From: a bacterium | GTDB taxonomy: Bacteria > Patescibacteriota > Microgenomatia > Levybacterales > UBA12049 | DNA length: 49,599 nucleotides | NCBI GenBank assembly: GCA_021813145.1 | Contig: JAKALS010000005.1 | Coordinates: 74,022-123,620, forward strand | Direction: 5' to 3' | Shown: one piece after another, positions 35,909 through 43,142 of the stretch | Layout: each line of letters begins with the position of its first letter | How positions within the stretch are numbered: position 1 is the first letter of the stretch | Program-made: the position numbers and the translations under genes | The notes under the pieces: model-generated | Told to the model about the DNA's origin: nothing | Database searches by the model: none | Seen by the model: the letters and a program-made list of their open reading frames with translations, nothing else

Positions 35909-36502
35909 ATGACTGTTTCTCCGGCTAAACCTCTTACTTATAAACAGATAATTAAAATCGCGGAAGGTTTCTTAAAAGAACACTACTCTTCATTAAGGAT
36001 TCCAATTCCGATTGAGGAAATAATTGAATTGGAATTAGGAATTAAGATAACCGCTTACAATGGTCTTAAGAAAAATTTCGATATCGACGGATTTTTATCC
36101 GGTGATTGTAGTGAGATAGTAATCGACAACGGTGTTTTTATAAAATTTAAAGAAAGAGCTAGATTTACTTTGGCACATGAATTAGGTCATAGTGTTCTTC
36201 ATAGAGAACTATATGAGCACTTGAATTTTAAAACTCCTGAAGATGTAGTAAATTTTCAGGATGCAATTTCTGAAGAAAATTATGGGTGGTATGAGTATCA
36301 GGCAAATGTTTTTGCTGCCGGACTCCTTGTTCCTTCAGAAATTCTGAAAATAGAATACGATCTTGCTGTTAAGGAAATAAAGAAAATAAATAAAGAAGAG
36401 GAATTTATTGTTCCCTATTTAGAATCTTTGTTAAATAAATTTGAGGTTTCAAGTTATGTTTTGATTCAGAGATTAAGAAAAGAACACTTATTAGGCTCTT
36501 AG
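35909..36502 (+). CDS. ImmA/IrrE-family (COG2856, M78) zinc metallopeptidase
   Basis: The HEXXH motif sits in RFTLAHELGHSVLH, with a downstream EYQANVFAAGLLVP. The gene starts 1 nt after the XRE stop, and a GGAG lies 8 nt upstream. Confidence 0.85.
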   Translation: MTVSPAKPLTYKQIIKIAEGFLKEHYSSLRIPIPIEEIIELELGIKITAYNGLKKNFDIDGFLSGDCSEIVIDNGVFIKFKERARFTLAHELGHSVLHRELYEHLNFKTPEDVVNFQDAISEENYGWYEYQANVFAAGLLVPSEILKIEYDLAVKEIKKINKEEEFIVPYLESLLNKFEVSSYVLIQRLRKEHLLGS

Positions 36503-36526
36503 TTTAAACATTTGGATTAAATTATA

Positions 36527-36976
36527 ATGGACGTAAGTGATGATTACAATTTGATATTCGTCGACTGTGAGGGATACGGCCCAGCTCCTACGCTTAATGA
36601 TGATCGAGCCTTTGAATTTGGAGCAGTTGATTTTAAATCAAAACAGTCATTTCACGGTTATGGCGCAACAAAAAAAACATTTATTAAGTTTAATAAATGG
36701 TTAAATCAATTTAAAGGCAGACTTATATTCGTAAGCGATAATCCAGCCTATGATTGGCAATTTATAAACTATTATTTCCATAAATTTCTTAGTGTAAATC
36801 CGTTTGGCCATTCAGCCAGGAGAATATCTGATTTCTACGCTGGTATGAACGGGGATTTCTTTGATTCGACCGGATGGAAGAAATGGAGAAAAACTCCACA
36901 TGATCACAATCCAGTTCACGATGCCCTTGGTAACGTGGAAGCCTTCACAAAAATTTTAGAGATGGGGAAAAAATAA
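36527..36976 (+). CDS. small DEDDh (DnaQ-like) 3'-5' exonuclease
   Basis: ExoI is IFVDCEGYG, ExoII is VSDNPAYDWQFINYYF, and ExoIII is HNPVHDALGN (H-x4-D). 149 aa, similar in layout to Rv2179c-type exoribonucleases. Confidence 0.7.
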   Translation: MDVSDDYNLIFVDCEGYGPAPTLNDDRAFEFGAVDFKSKQSFHGYGATKKTFIKFNKWLNQFKGRLIFVSDNPAYDWQFINYYFHKFLSVNPFGHSARRISDFYAGMNGDFFDSTGWKKWRKTPHDHNPVHDALGNVEAFTKILEMGKK

Positions 36977-37041
36977 AAACCTATGAAGCCAAAATCCAGA
37001 ATGATACTTTTCAAAGATCGCCGAAGCGTTCTTCAAAAAGC

Positions 37042-37065
37042 TTCGTAAAGCAAAAATTTTACGAC
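37042..37065. repeat. hairpin-repeat family member H2
   Basis: TTCGTAAAGCAAAAATTTTACGAC, with stem TCGTAAA/TTTACGA. It is followed by ATGGA, as is H3. Confidence 0.75.
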
Positions 37066-37085
37066 ATGGATTTTCCGAGCGATAC

Positions 37086-38267
37086 TTATAAATCGGTTGC
37101 TGAAATGGAGTTTATATTGTTATTGAAATCTAATGAAACGATATAGGCTTCTTTTAGGTTCAAGGGCTGTGATTTCCTTTTTAAATATTCCATATCACCA
37201 AGTGAAAAAGTAAGCTTAGCTTCCAAAGCAGTTTTTTCGTCAACGATAAAATCTATTTCGCTTTTTCCTTCCTTGTTATAGTAATGCAGGGTAAAATAAG
37301 GTCTTAGGTTTTGAAAAACGCTTTGCTCAAAAAGCTGCCCTAAAGATATTTTCCCAAGTATATTAGCAATGCCGCTGTCGCAAAGGAATAATTTTTTTCC
37401 TCCAGATGATTGACGGTCAATGCTTTTTGAAAACTTCGATAATAACGAAATAAAATATGTTTGTTCAAGGAAATATAGATAGTTATATACCGTTTCTCGC
37501 GATAGAGAAAGACTAGAAGCAAGCTTTGCAATTTCTATGCGTTGTCCTATACGTGGAACTAAAAGTAAAATTAAGTCTCTGAGTTTTGCCATATCTTTAA
37601 AATCGGCCAGATTTTTGGCATCTTTTTCAAAATACGAAGTAAAAATCTCCTCCAAAAGAATTTTTTTTCTTTCTCTGTTTTCCTCCAACACTATTGCGGG
37701 AAATCCGCCAAACTCAATATATTCGTTATAATACTTTTTGTATTGCTCGAAGTTTATTTTATTTTTGCCTTTTATCTTTTCCTCAAAAGTCGAAAAATAT
37801 TTTTTTTCTACCCCTTTAAAACGTAGGAATTCAGAAAAAGTTAGTGGATATAATTCGAGCACAACTTTCCTTCCGCTAAGTGATTCAGGGAAAAGGTTCT
37901 TAAGATAATAGCTGCTTGACCCGGTGAGCACGAATTTAATATCAAAATGGTCATATAGATACTTAATGGCGGTGCTGATAGTCGGTAAGTTCTGTATCTC
38001 ATCAATAAAAAGATATGCCTTTTCTTTATTAGTTATGCCATATTGAGCTAAATTATTCCAAATATTATCATAGTTTTCTTCCTCAAAAACATGTCTGTGC
38101 AAGGGATTTTCCAGGTCAAAGATCGCTTTATTTTTGGATACTATTGAATCAAAAAGGCGAACTAGAAGTGTGGTTTTACCGACTCTTCTCATACCCGTGA
38201 TTACGGTTACCTCCTTTTTATCGAGTTCCTGCTCAAGTTTTGGTAAAATATTTCTTGGGATAAACAT
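37086..38267 (-). CDS. AAA+ ATPase with C-terminal DUF4143 (COG1373-type)
   Basis: Walker A VITGMRRVGKTTLL, Walker B YLFIDEIQNLP, and a C-terminal SEIDFIVDEK..LEAK PD-(D/E)xK-like segment typical of DUF4143. Confidence 0.8.
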   Translation of the reverse strand: MFIPRNILPKLEQELDKKEVTVITGMRRVGKTTLLVRLFDSIVSKNKAIFDLENPLHRHVFEEENYDNIWNNLAQYGITNKEKAYLFIDEIQNLPTISTAIKYLYDHFDIKFVLTGSSSYYLKNLFPESLSGRKVVLELYPLTFSEFLRFKGVEKKYFSTFEEKIKGKNKINFEQYKKYYNEYIEFGGFPAIVLEENRERKKILLEEIFTSYFEKDAKNLADFKDMAKLRDLILLLVPRIGQRIEIAKLASSLSLSRETVYNYLYFLEQTYFISLLSKFSKSIDRQSSGGKKLFLCDSGIANILGKISLGQLFEQSVFQNLRPYFTLHYYNKEGKSEIDFIVDEKTALEAKLTFSLGDMEYLKRKSQPLNLKEAYIVSLDFNNNINSISATDL

Positions 38268-38275
38268 CTACTTAC

Positions 38276-38304
38276 ATCTTACATATACGGGGGGTGTTTG
38301 TCAA
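38276..38304 (-). promoter_or_regulatory. promoter of the AAA-DUF4143 gene (TTGACA-17-TAAGAT)
   Basis: On the reverse strand, TTGACA is at 38299-38304 and TAAGAT at 38276-38281. The -10 ends 8 nt before the ATG (38265-38267). Confidence 0.5.
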
Positions 38305-38371
38305 GTGCCATTTGACACTCTCGGTATTCTAGCCTCAAATATTATGCAGATAAAAGTTTCAATCTCGTTTA

Positions 38372-38395
38372 GCCGCAAACCAAGGTTTTTGCGAC
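38372..38395. repeat. hairpin-repeat family member H3
   Basis: GCCGCAAACCAAGGTTTTTGCGAC, with stem CGCAAA/TTTGCG. The loop CAAGGTTTTT is shared with H5, and the 3' flank ATGGA is shared with H2. Confidence 0.75.
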
Positions 38396-38419
38396 ATGGA
38401 ACACTTATGCAGCCAGATT

Positions 38420-39472
38420 TTATATTTTCTTGTATCTTATTGCAGAACCTTCGCCTATTCTTTCTATCTTTTTCATCTCAATAAGCTTTGTCAATACCTG
38501 ATTGACTGTAGGTCTGGCAACATGGGCTTTTTGTGCTATTTCATTGGGACTAGCTTCATTTACGGTTTGCAAATATTCCCATACAGATAATTGTTTTGGG
38601 GAAAGAAGTGCCTCAATGTTTTCGGCAGTCAAAAGTCCGATTGCCATCTGCGATTGCATCGTAATAATAGAAAGGAAGAAAGTTAACCAAGCAGTAATAT
38701 CAGGGTTTTTTGCATTGAATGTTTTCTGGCTTTGTCTAAGGGCAAGGTAGTACTCCGGTTTATTATCTTCGATCAGTTTTTCGTGTGAAACATAGGGCAT
38801 ATACAAATAGCCTTGTTGTAACAGAAGCATGTTTGTTAAAATGCGCGACAATCTACCGTTTCCGTCTTGGAACGGGTGGATATTTAGAAATTCGACAATA
38901 AAGTTGCCGATGACGAAAAGCGGATGGTATTTCCTTTCTTCAAGAGTTTGTATCGTCCAATCTGTAAGCTCCTTCATTTTTATCGGGGTTAGGTAGGCTG
39001 GAGTAGTGTCAAAAAGGATACCTACCGAATTTCCAGCCTCATCGATCATTTCTACCTTATTTTCAGTATGTTTATAGTCGCCTCTGTGTAACTCGTCTTT
39101 TTCAACGTATTTGAGAAGTTCTTTATGGAAATGTTTTATAAGGCTCTCGTTAAAATGTAAATCTTCCCAGGTGTCAAAAACGTTTTGAAGTAACTCATAG
39201 TAACCTTTTACTTCCTGTTTATCTCTGTTGCTGAATTTTTGAACCGATATGCCACGAAGCATCTTTTCGATGTCTTCATCAGACATTTTAGCTCCCTCGA
39301 TACGTGTTGATGCCCCCGAAGACGTAACGAGTACGGAACGCTTAAGCCTCCCAAGTGTTTGCGGGCTCAAATTAGATCCGGCAATCCATCTGCCTTTTAA
39401 CTCTTCAATTTGGGCAATTTCTGCCAAAATTTCATGGGTAATGTTTTTTAGTCTCAGATCAAAATCTGTCAT
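38420..39472 (-). CDS. Fic-family protein (class-II-like) with C-terminal winged HTH
   Basis: Fic motif HPFQDGNGRLSRILTN. The N-terminal inhibitory-helix motif is STRIEG, i.e. (S/T)xxxE(G/N). The C-terminal wHTH is EASPNEIAQKAHVARPTVNQVLTKLIEMKKIERIG. Confidence 0.85.
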   Translation of the reverse strand: MTDFDLRLKNITHEILAEIAQIEELKGRWIAGSNLSPQTLGRLKRSVLVTSSGASTRIEGAKMSDEDIEKMLRGISVQKFSNRDKQEVKGYYELLQNVFDTWEDLHFNESLIKHFHKELLKYVEKDELHRGDYKHTENKVEMIDEAGNSVGILFDTTPAYLTPIKMKELTDWTIQTLEERKYHPLFVIGNFIVEFLNIHPFQDGNGRLSRILTNMLLLQQGYLYMPYVSHEKLIEDNKPEYYLALRQSQKTFNAKNPDITAWLTFFLSIITMQSQMAIGLLTAENIEALLSPKQLSVWEYLQTVNEASPNEIAQKAHVARPTVNQVLTKLIEMKKIERIGEGSAIRYKKI

Positions 39473-39480
39473 ACGCTTGA

Positions 39481-39510
39481 TATATATAAGATTATATAAG
39501 GTTATATAAG
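39481..39510. repeat. three tandem 10-bp units (TATATATAAG ATTATATAAG GTTATATAAG)
   Basis: Read directly from the sequence. The units overlap the -10 of the reverse-strand Fic promoter. Confidence 0.8.
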
Positions 39511-39519
39511 ATAAGTCAA
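39491..39519 (-). promoter_or_regulatory. promoter of the first Fic gene (TTGACT-17-TATAAT)
   Basis: On the reverse strand, TTGACT is at 39514-39519 and TATAAT at 39491-39496, separated by a 17-nt spacer. The ATG lies 18 nt downstream of the -10. Confidence 0.55.
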
Positions 39520-39530
39520 GAGTATTGCCT

Positions 39531-39554
39531 GTCGAAAATCAAAAGTTGTGCGAC
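39531..39554. repeat. hairpin-repeat family member H4
   Basis: GTCGAAAATCAAAAGTTGTGCGAC. The right half TTGTGCGAC is identical to H6. It lies 11 nt beyond the Fic -35. Confidence 0.7.
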
Positions 39555-39725
39555 TCTGACAGATAATAGTTTCACTAAACCGTACATTTTTACTGCTTTC
39601 TGAACGTAAAAGATTATTTACGTAGAGAGATACGACTTCTATCGCAGAAGAAATTAAAACTCGAATAACAATAGGCTTCTATTCCATATAACTTAATTAA
39701 AGCAGGATCTTACCCGTCTGATATA

Positions 39726-39798
39726 TGACAACTTTCTTTACAACAATAAATTGATACTTGACAACGTAGTTTACAACTATATCTAGAAAGTTGACAAC
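39726..39798 (+). promoter_or_regulatory. iteron-like array: TGACAAC-N5-TTACAAC units with 33-bp period
   Basis: TGACAAC occurs at 39726, 39759 and 39792, and TTTACAAC at 39737 and 39770. The last TGACAAC doubles as the -35 of the downstream promoter. Confidence 0.6.
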
Positions 39799-39819
39799 TA
39801 TAATTTTTTCAGATATAAT
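39791..39819 (+). promoter_or_regulatory. consensus sigma70 promoter (TTGACA-17-TATAAT), leaderless geometry
   Basis: TTGACA at 39791-39796, a 17-nt spacer, and TATAAT at 39814-39819. The ATG at 39826 is only 6 nt downstream. Confidence 0.7.
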
Positions 39820-39825
39820 ACTTGT

Positions 39826-40854
39826 ATGGAAATTAATGATTTGATTCTCGATATAGCTAATAAGAATAAGACTTTCAAAACCGCCGATGTTGTGAAGCGG
39901 CTGGGTGGAAGATATACGAGACAATATATAAGCTCCAAAATCAGCAAAATGGTTAAAGATAAATTGCTTTTAAAAGGCGGAAGTACGTCTGGTGCTTTTT
40001 ATGCGTTGCCTTCAAATTCCGATCAAGTATTTGAGAACATAAGGCTAAGATTTTTGAGAGACTCGGTAGAGGAACATAGGGTATTCAATAATATTAGAGA
40101 TAGATACAAGTTAATTCAAGAGCTCCCCGAAAACGTTTCTAGCTTACTTTTTTATGGATTTACGGAGATGTTGAATAATGCAATCGAGCATTCTGAATCG
40201 AAGTATGTTGAAATTGAGGTGTTCATAGATAATAAAAATTTAACATTTGTTATTAACGATTTTGGAGTTGGTGTATTTCGTAACGTTATGGAAAAAAGGG
40301 GCTTAAAATCGGAGCTAGAAGCCATGCAAGATTTACTGAAGGGAAAAACAACTACGCAGCCTCATTCCCACACCGGAGAAGGTATATTTTTTACTTCTAA
40401 AGTTGCTGATTTATTTGAGTTAGATAGCTATGGTTTCAAAATGAGAGTGGATAATATAGTGGAAGACATTTTTTTTCAGGAAACCAAAGAAATAAAGAAA
40501 GGGACCAGGGTAACATTTTCAATTGCTATCAACTCGAAAAAACACCTTAATGATGTGTTTGGAAAATATGTAACTGAACCAGGAGAAGTGGGTTTTGATA
40601 AAACAGAAATATTAGTAAGACTATTTATCCAAGGGAATGTGTATATTTCCCGCTCTCAAGCGAGGAGAATATTAACCGGTCTTGATAAGTATAAAACAGT
40701 TGTTTTGGATTTTGATAAAGTTACGACCGTAGGACAAGCATTTGCGGATGAGATATTTAGAGTGTTCCAACAAAGGTATCCTGAGATAAAAATTGAGCCT
40801 ATTAATACTTCAGATCCAGTGAAGTTTATGATAGATAGGGTTGAGAAGCCTTGA
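39826..40854 (+). CDS. wHTH - GHKL (RsbW/SpoIIAB-like) ATPase - STAS-like (DUF4325) fusion protein
   Basis: N-terminal wHTH (FKTADVVKRLGGRYTRQYISSKISKMVKDKLLLK). N box EMLNNAIEHS, G1 box INDFGVGV, G2 box HTGEGIFFTSK. The C-terminal VVLDFDKVTTVGQAFADEIFRVF is the DUF4325/STAS-like pattern. Confidence 0.7.
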   Translation: MEINDLILDIANKNKTFKTADVVKRLGGRYTRQYISSKISKMVKDKLLLKGGSTSGAFYALPSNSDQVFENIRLRFLRDSVEEHRVFNNIRDRYKLIQELPENVSSLLFYGFTEMLNNAIEHSESKYVEIEVFIDNKNLTFVINDFGVGVFRNVMEKRGLKSELEAMQDLLKGKTTTQPHSHTGEGIFFTSKVADLFELDSYGFKMRVDNIVEDIFFQETKEIKKGTRVTFSIAINSKKHLNDVFGKYVTEPGEVGFDKTEILVRLFIQGNVYISRSQARRILTGLDKYKTVVLDFDKVTTVGQAFADEIFRVFQQRYPEIKIEPINTSDPVKFMIDRVEKP

Positions 40855-40896
40855 TTTCTTTATCTACCGCACTGGGAACTATTTTTTCCTTTTTTT

Positions 40897-40920
40897 GTCG
40901 TAATACAAGGTTTTTACGAC
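40897..40920. repeat. hairpin-repeat family member H5
   Basis: GTCGTAATACAAGGTTTTTACGAC, with stem GTCGTAA/TTACGAC. It lies between two convergent genes. Confidence 0.8.
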
Positions 40921-40925
40921 GTAAA

Positions 40926-41900
40926 CTAAATTTCGCTGATAATATCAAATCCCTTAAAGCTTCCGGTTATCGCCAATCCAATTATTTCTCCGTTTACCAA
41001 GTTTTTATCCTTAATTTTTTTTGCTGTTTCGTTCATTGTTGCGCCGGATCCTACAGCATCATCTATAAGAAGAACATTTGTATACTTTTTTTTATCATCT
41101 ATTATGATTGTTCTTTTTGCATTCTCAACCCTGTCCTCAAGTTTTGAAAGAGTCTTCTGGGGTACAATTATTTCCGTTTTTATTTTAGTTACGGACACAG
41201 CCCTTGTTGGGAGGTCGAGCTGCTTTTCCAACTCCTTCATGAACTGGATTTCTCTCTTTACGGTTGGAGGAACAAAAAGTATGCCGTCAATCTTATTTTC
41301 TTTTATGACCCCTAGTATTTCAGGACGGATTTGATTTATAAGTCGACTAATTAGTCCCACGTTCTGGCTTTGTTTGGCATATAAAAGCATTTGCCCAAGT
41401 TTAGTTTTTCCGAATCTTTCTATGCTATAAAAGTCAAGATAATAAAGCTTATCAAGATAGACGTCCTTAAATGTATTTTTCATTTTTGGCATTCCGTTTA
41501 TGAGGCCGTTTTTCTTAAATTTATCAAACTTGTTGATTGTGGAAATATATTCTCTTGCAGTTTTTGTTGGATCCTGATTGGTTTTTTCGCACCAGGCAAG
41601 AAATCCTTCCCATCCCTGTCGTTCTTCACCAGTGGGGGAGATATACAAGTACCTATCATTTATTAAGTTAACGTTTGCCTTATCAAATAATACCGGTTTG
41701 GATATTTTTTTAGATGCTAGTGAGTAATATACCTTAGGCGGTTTGCCGACTTTCTCCAGTTTGCTTTCGTCAATTAGTTTATTAAGCTGTCTATGTACAG
41801 AGGCTCGGGTTATACCGAGTACTCCGGTAAGCTCATGTACACTCACCTGATTATGTAACTTGATATACTCCAAAATTTTACCTCTAGTATTAGTAATCAT
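40926..41900 (-). CDS. wHTH - ComF-like phosphoribosyltransferase (PRTase) domain protein
   Basis: N-terminal wHTH (ILEYIKLHNQVSVHELTGVLGITRASVHRQLNKLIDESKLEKVG). The C-terminal PRPP-binding loop is VLLIDDAVGSGATMNETAKKI, preceded by ILFVPPTVKREIQF, as in the ComFC/amidophosphoribosyltransferase family. Confidence 0.7.
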   Translation of the reverse strand: MITNTRGKILEYIKLHNQVSVHELTGVLGITRASVHRQLNKLIDESKLEKVGKPPKVYYSLASKKISKPVLFDKANVNLINDRYLYISPTGEERQGWEGFLAWCEKTNQDPTKTAREYISTINKFDKFKKNGLINGMPKMKNTFKDVYLDKLYYLDFYSIERFGKTKLGQMLLYAKQSQNVGLISRLINQIRPEILGVIKENKIDGILFVPPTVKREIQFMKELEKQLDLPTRAVSVTKIKTEIIVPQKTLSKLEDRVENAKRTIIIDDKKKYTNVLLIDDAVGSGATMNETAKKIKDKNLVNGEIIGLAITGSFKGFDIISEI

Positions 41901-41907
41901 GGTATAC

Positions 41908-41936
41908 AGTATACAGTATAGTGTATACTATGTCAA
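41908..41936 (-). promoter_or_regulatory. promoter of the wHTH-PRTase gene (TTGACA-17-TATACT), leaderless geometry
   Basis: On the reverse strand, TTGACA is at 41931-41936 and TATACT at 41908-41913. The ATG (41898-41900) is 7 nt downstream. The promoter is embedded in GTATAC-rich repeats (ACAGTATAC x2 and AGTGTATACT). Confidence 0.6.
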
Positions 41937-41957
41937 TATCCCTATTCGCAAACCAAA
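41910..41957 (+). repeat. 48-bp direct repeat, copy B
   Basis: TATACAGTATAGTGTATACTATGTCAATATCCCTATTCGCAAACCAAA is 40/48 identical to 35398-35445, in the same orientation. Confidence 0.8.
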
Positions 41958-41968
41958 TCTTGTGCGAC
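41945..41968. repeat. hairpin-repeat family member H6
   Basis: TTCGCAAACCAAATCTTGTGCGAC. It lies 8 nt beyond the PRTase -35 box. Confidence 0.7.
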
Positions 41969-42058
41969 GCGGGAAGCTAATTTAATATATAACAAACACC
42001 ATGCAAAAGCCTTGAAAACTTAAACTAAAAGTTGTAATCTTGCCTCAGCAATATTGAT

Positions 42059-42679
42059 ATGGAGAATTTATTATTAATTTTTAACTTCTTAAATACCTAT
42101 ACAGGAGTTATTCAAGCGATTTTTATTATTCTTTTAGTTTTAATTACAGCATATTATGCCTTGCAGACTCGTTCTACCGTTAAGGCAATGGAAATTCAGA
42201 GAAAAGATAACATCTTGCCAATTGTAATATCAGAAGAATTAATTATTTCTAAAAAAACTTCTAAGGAGAACTGCATTGATGGGAAATTTAATAATATAGG
42301 CAGTGGTCCTGCATTTTCTATAAGAGTTAATTTTTTATCTATGGACACAGGTTATAAAATAGCGGAATCTAATGAAATCATAGATTATTTAGAGAAAGGA
42401 AGACGTAAAGCACATATACATATTTCAGCTAAGGATTGGAAAAAATTAAACTTCGAGACAATAAATGGACAACAGCTAGCAGGTATTTATGTTAGAGTAC
42501 ATTATCAGGATTATTACGGAAGGATTACTCATTCTCAAAGATGTTTTATTGTTGATAAAAAATCTAATAGCCTAGAGCCGATCGAAGGAAGTTTTGAATT
42601 TATGCATGTGGGCAAATTTGAAGGAACTTTTTATTCAATTAAAACATTTTTACGCTCTCCTTTCCAAAATTTCCCTTAG
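42059..42679 (+). CDS. membrane-anchored hypothetical protein
   Basis: 206 aa. An N-terminal TM helix (GVIQAIFIILLVLITAYYAL) is followed by a beta-rich domain (NNIGSGPAFSIRVNF). No family recognised. Confidence 0.5.
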   Translation: MENLLLIFNFLNTYTGVIQAIFIILLVLITAYYALQTRSTVKAMEIQRKDNILPIVISEELIISKKTSKENCIDGKFNNIGSGPAFSIRVNFLSMDTGYKIAESNEIIDYLEKGRRKAHIHISAKDWKKLNFETINGQQLAGIYVRVHYQDYYGRITHSQRCFIVDKKSNSLEPIEGSFEFMHVGKFEGTFYSIKTFLRSPFQNFP

Positions 42680-42752
42680 AATGGTGAGTTAGAAAGTCGA
42701 ACCATTATAATAGTGAGTGGCTTATCGAACTACAAAGTGCTATTAATAAGAT

Positions 42753-43103
42753 ATGGAAGAAAATGCTCCCGCACAACAACCAATACTCCCAAATCAACAG
42801 TCGCCAACGCCGGTAGTTATAGAAAATCAACCAGTAAAAACGGTAGCTAAGAAGCCTTTTAAAATAGGTTTAGGTGCAGTTTTAGGTATGATAGTTGGAA
42901 TTTTAGCCTTCTTAGCAGGAGTTGAGCAAATACCTGGAGGAGTATATTTTCTGAATGGAATTTTATTTCTCTTAGCAGGTATTACTGTCTTTCCGTTAGT
43001 GTCGTATGGATTGCAAACAACTTATAATATTGAATTATCTGGTCCACTTAAGTGGTTTCTATTCTTTATATTAATTCTTTTTGCTGCTTTTTATAAACAT
43101 TAA
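42753..43103 (+). CDS. small membrane protein with Q/P-rich N-terminus
   Basis: 116 aa with three hydrophobic helices. An extended -10 TGCTATTAA (42738-42746) ends 6 nt before the ATG. Confidence 0.5.
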   Translation: MEENAPAQQPILPNQQSPTPVVIENQPVKTVAKKPFKIGLGAVLGMIVGILAFLAGVEQIPGGVYFLNGILFLLAGITVFPLVSYGLQTTYNIELSGPLKWFLFFILILFAAFYKH

Positions 43104-43142
43104 TTGTAGAGTTTTCATCAAAGTGCTATTATCCAGTTAAAT

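Noticed and set aside
38134-38590. Forward ORFs of 116 and 64 aa spanning the ATPase/Fic intergenic region
   Set aside because: They overlap the 5' end of the AAA-DUF4143 gene, its promoter, hairpin H3 and the 3' end of the Fic gene. They have no motifs.
39697-39924. 75-aa reverse ORF across the 39.7-39.9 kb region
   Set aside because: It covers the iteron array and the consensus promoter and start of the forward GHKL-STAS gene. Its translation is low-complexity.
40851-41147. 98-aa forward ORF after the GHKL-STAS gene. The ORFs at 41104-41334 and 41391-41666 were rejected for the same reason.
   Set aside because: It overlaps hairpin H5 and the motif-supported reverse-strand PRTase gene. Its translation is Cys/Phe-rich nonsense.
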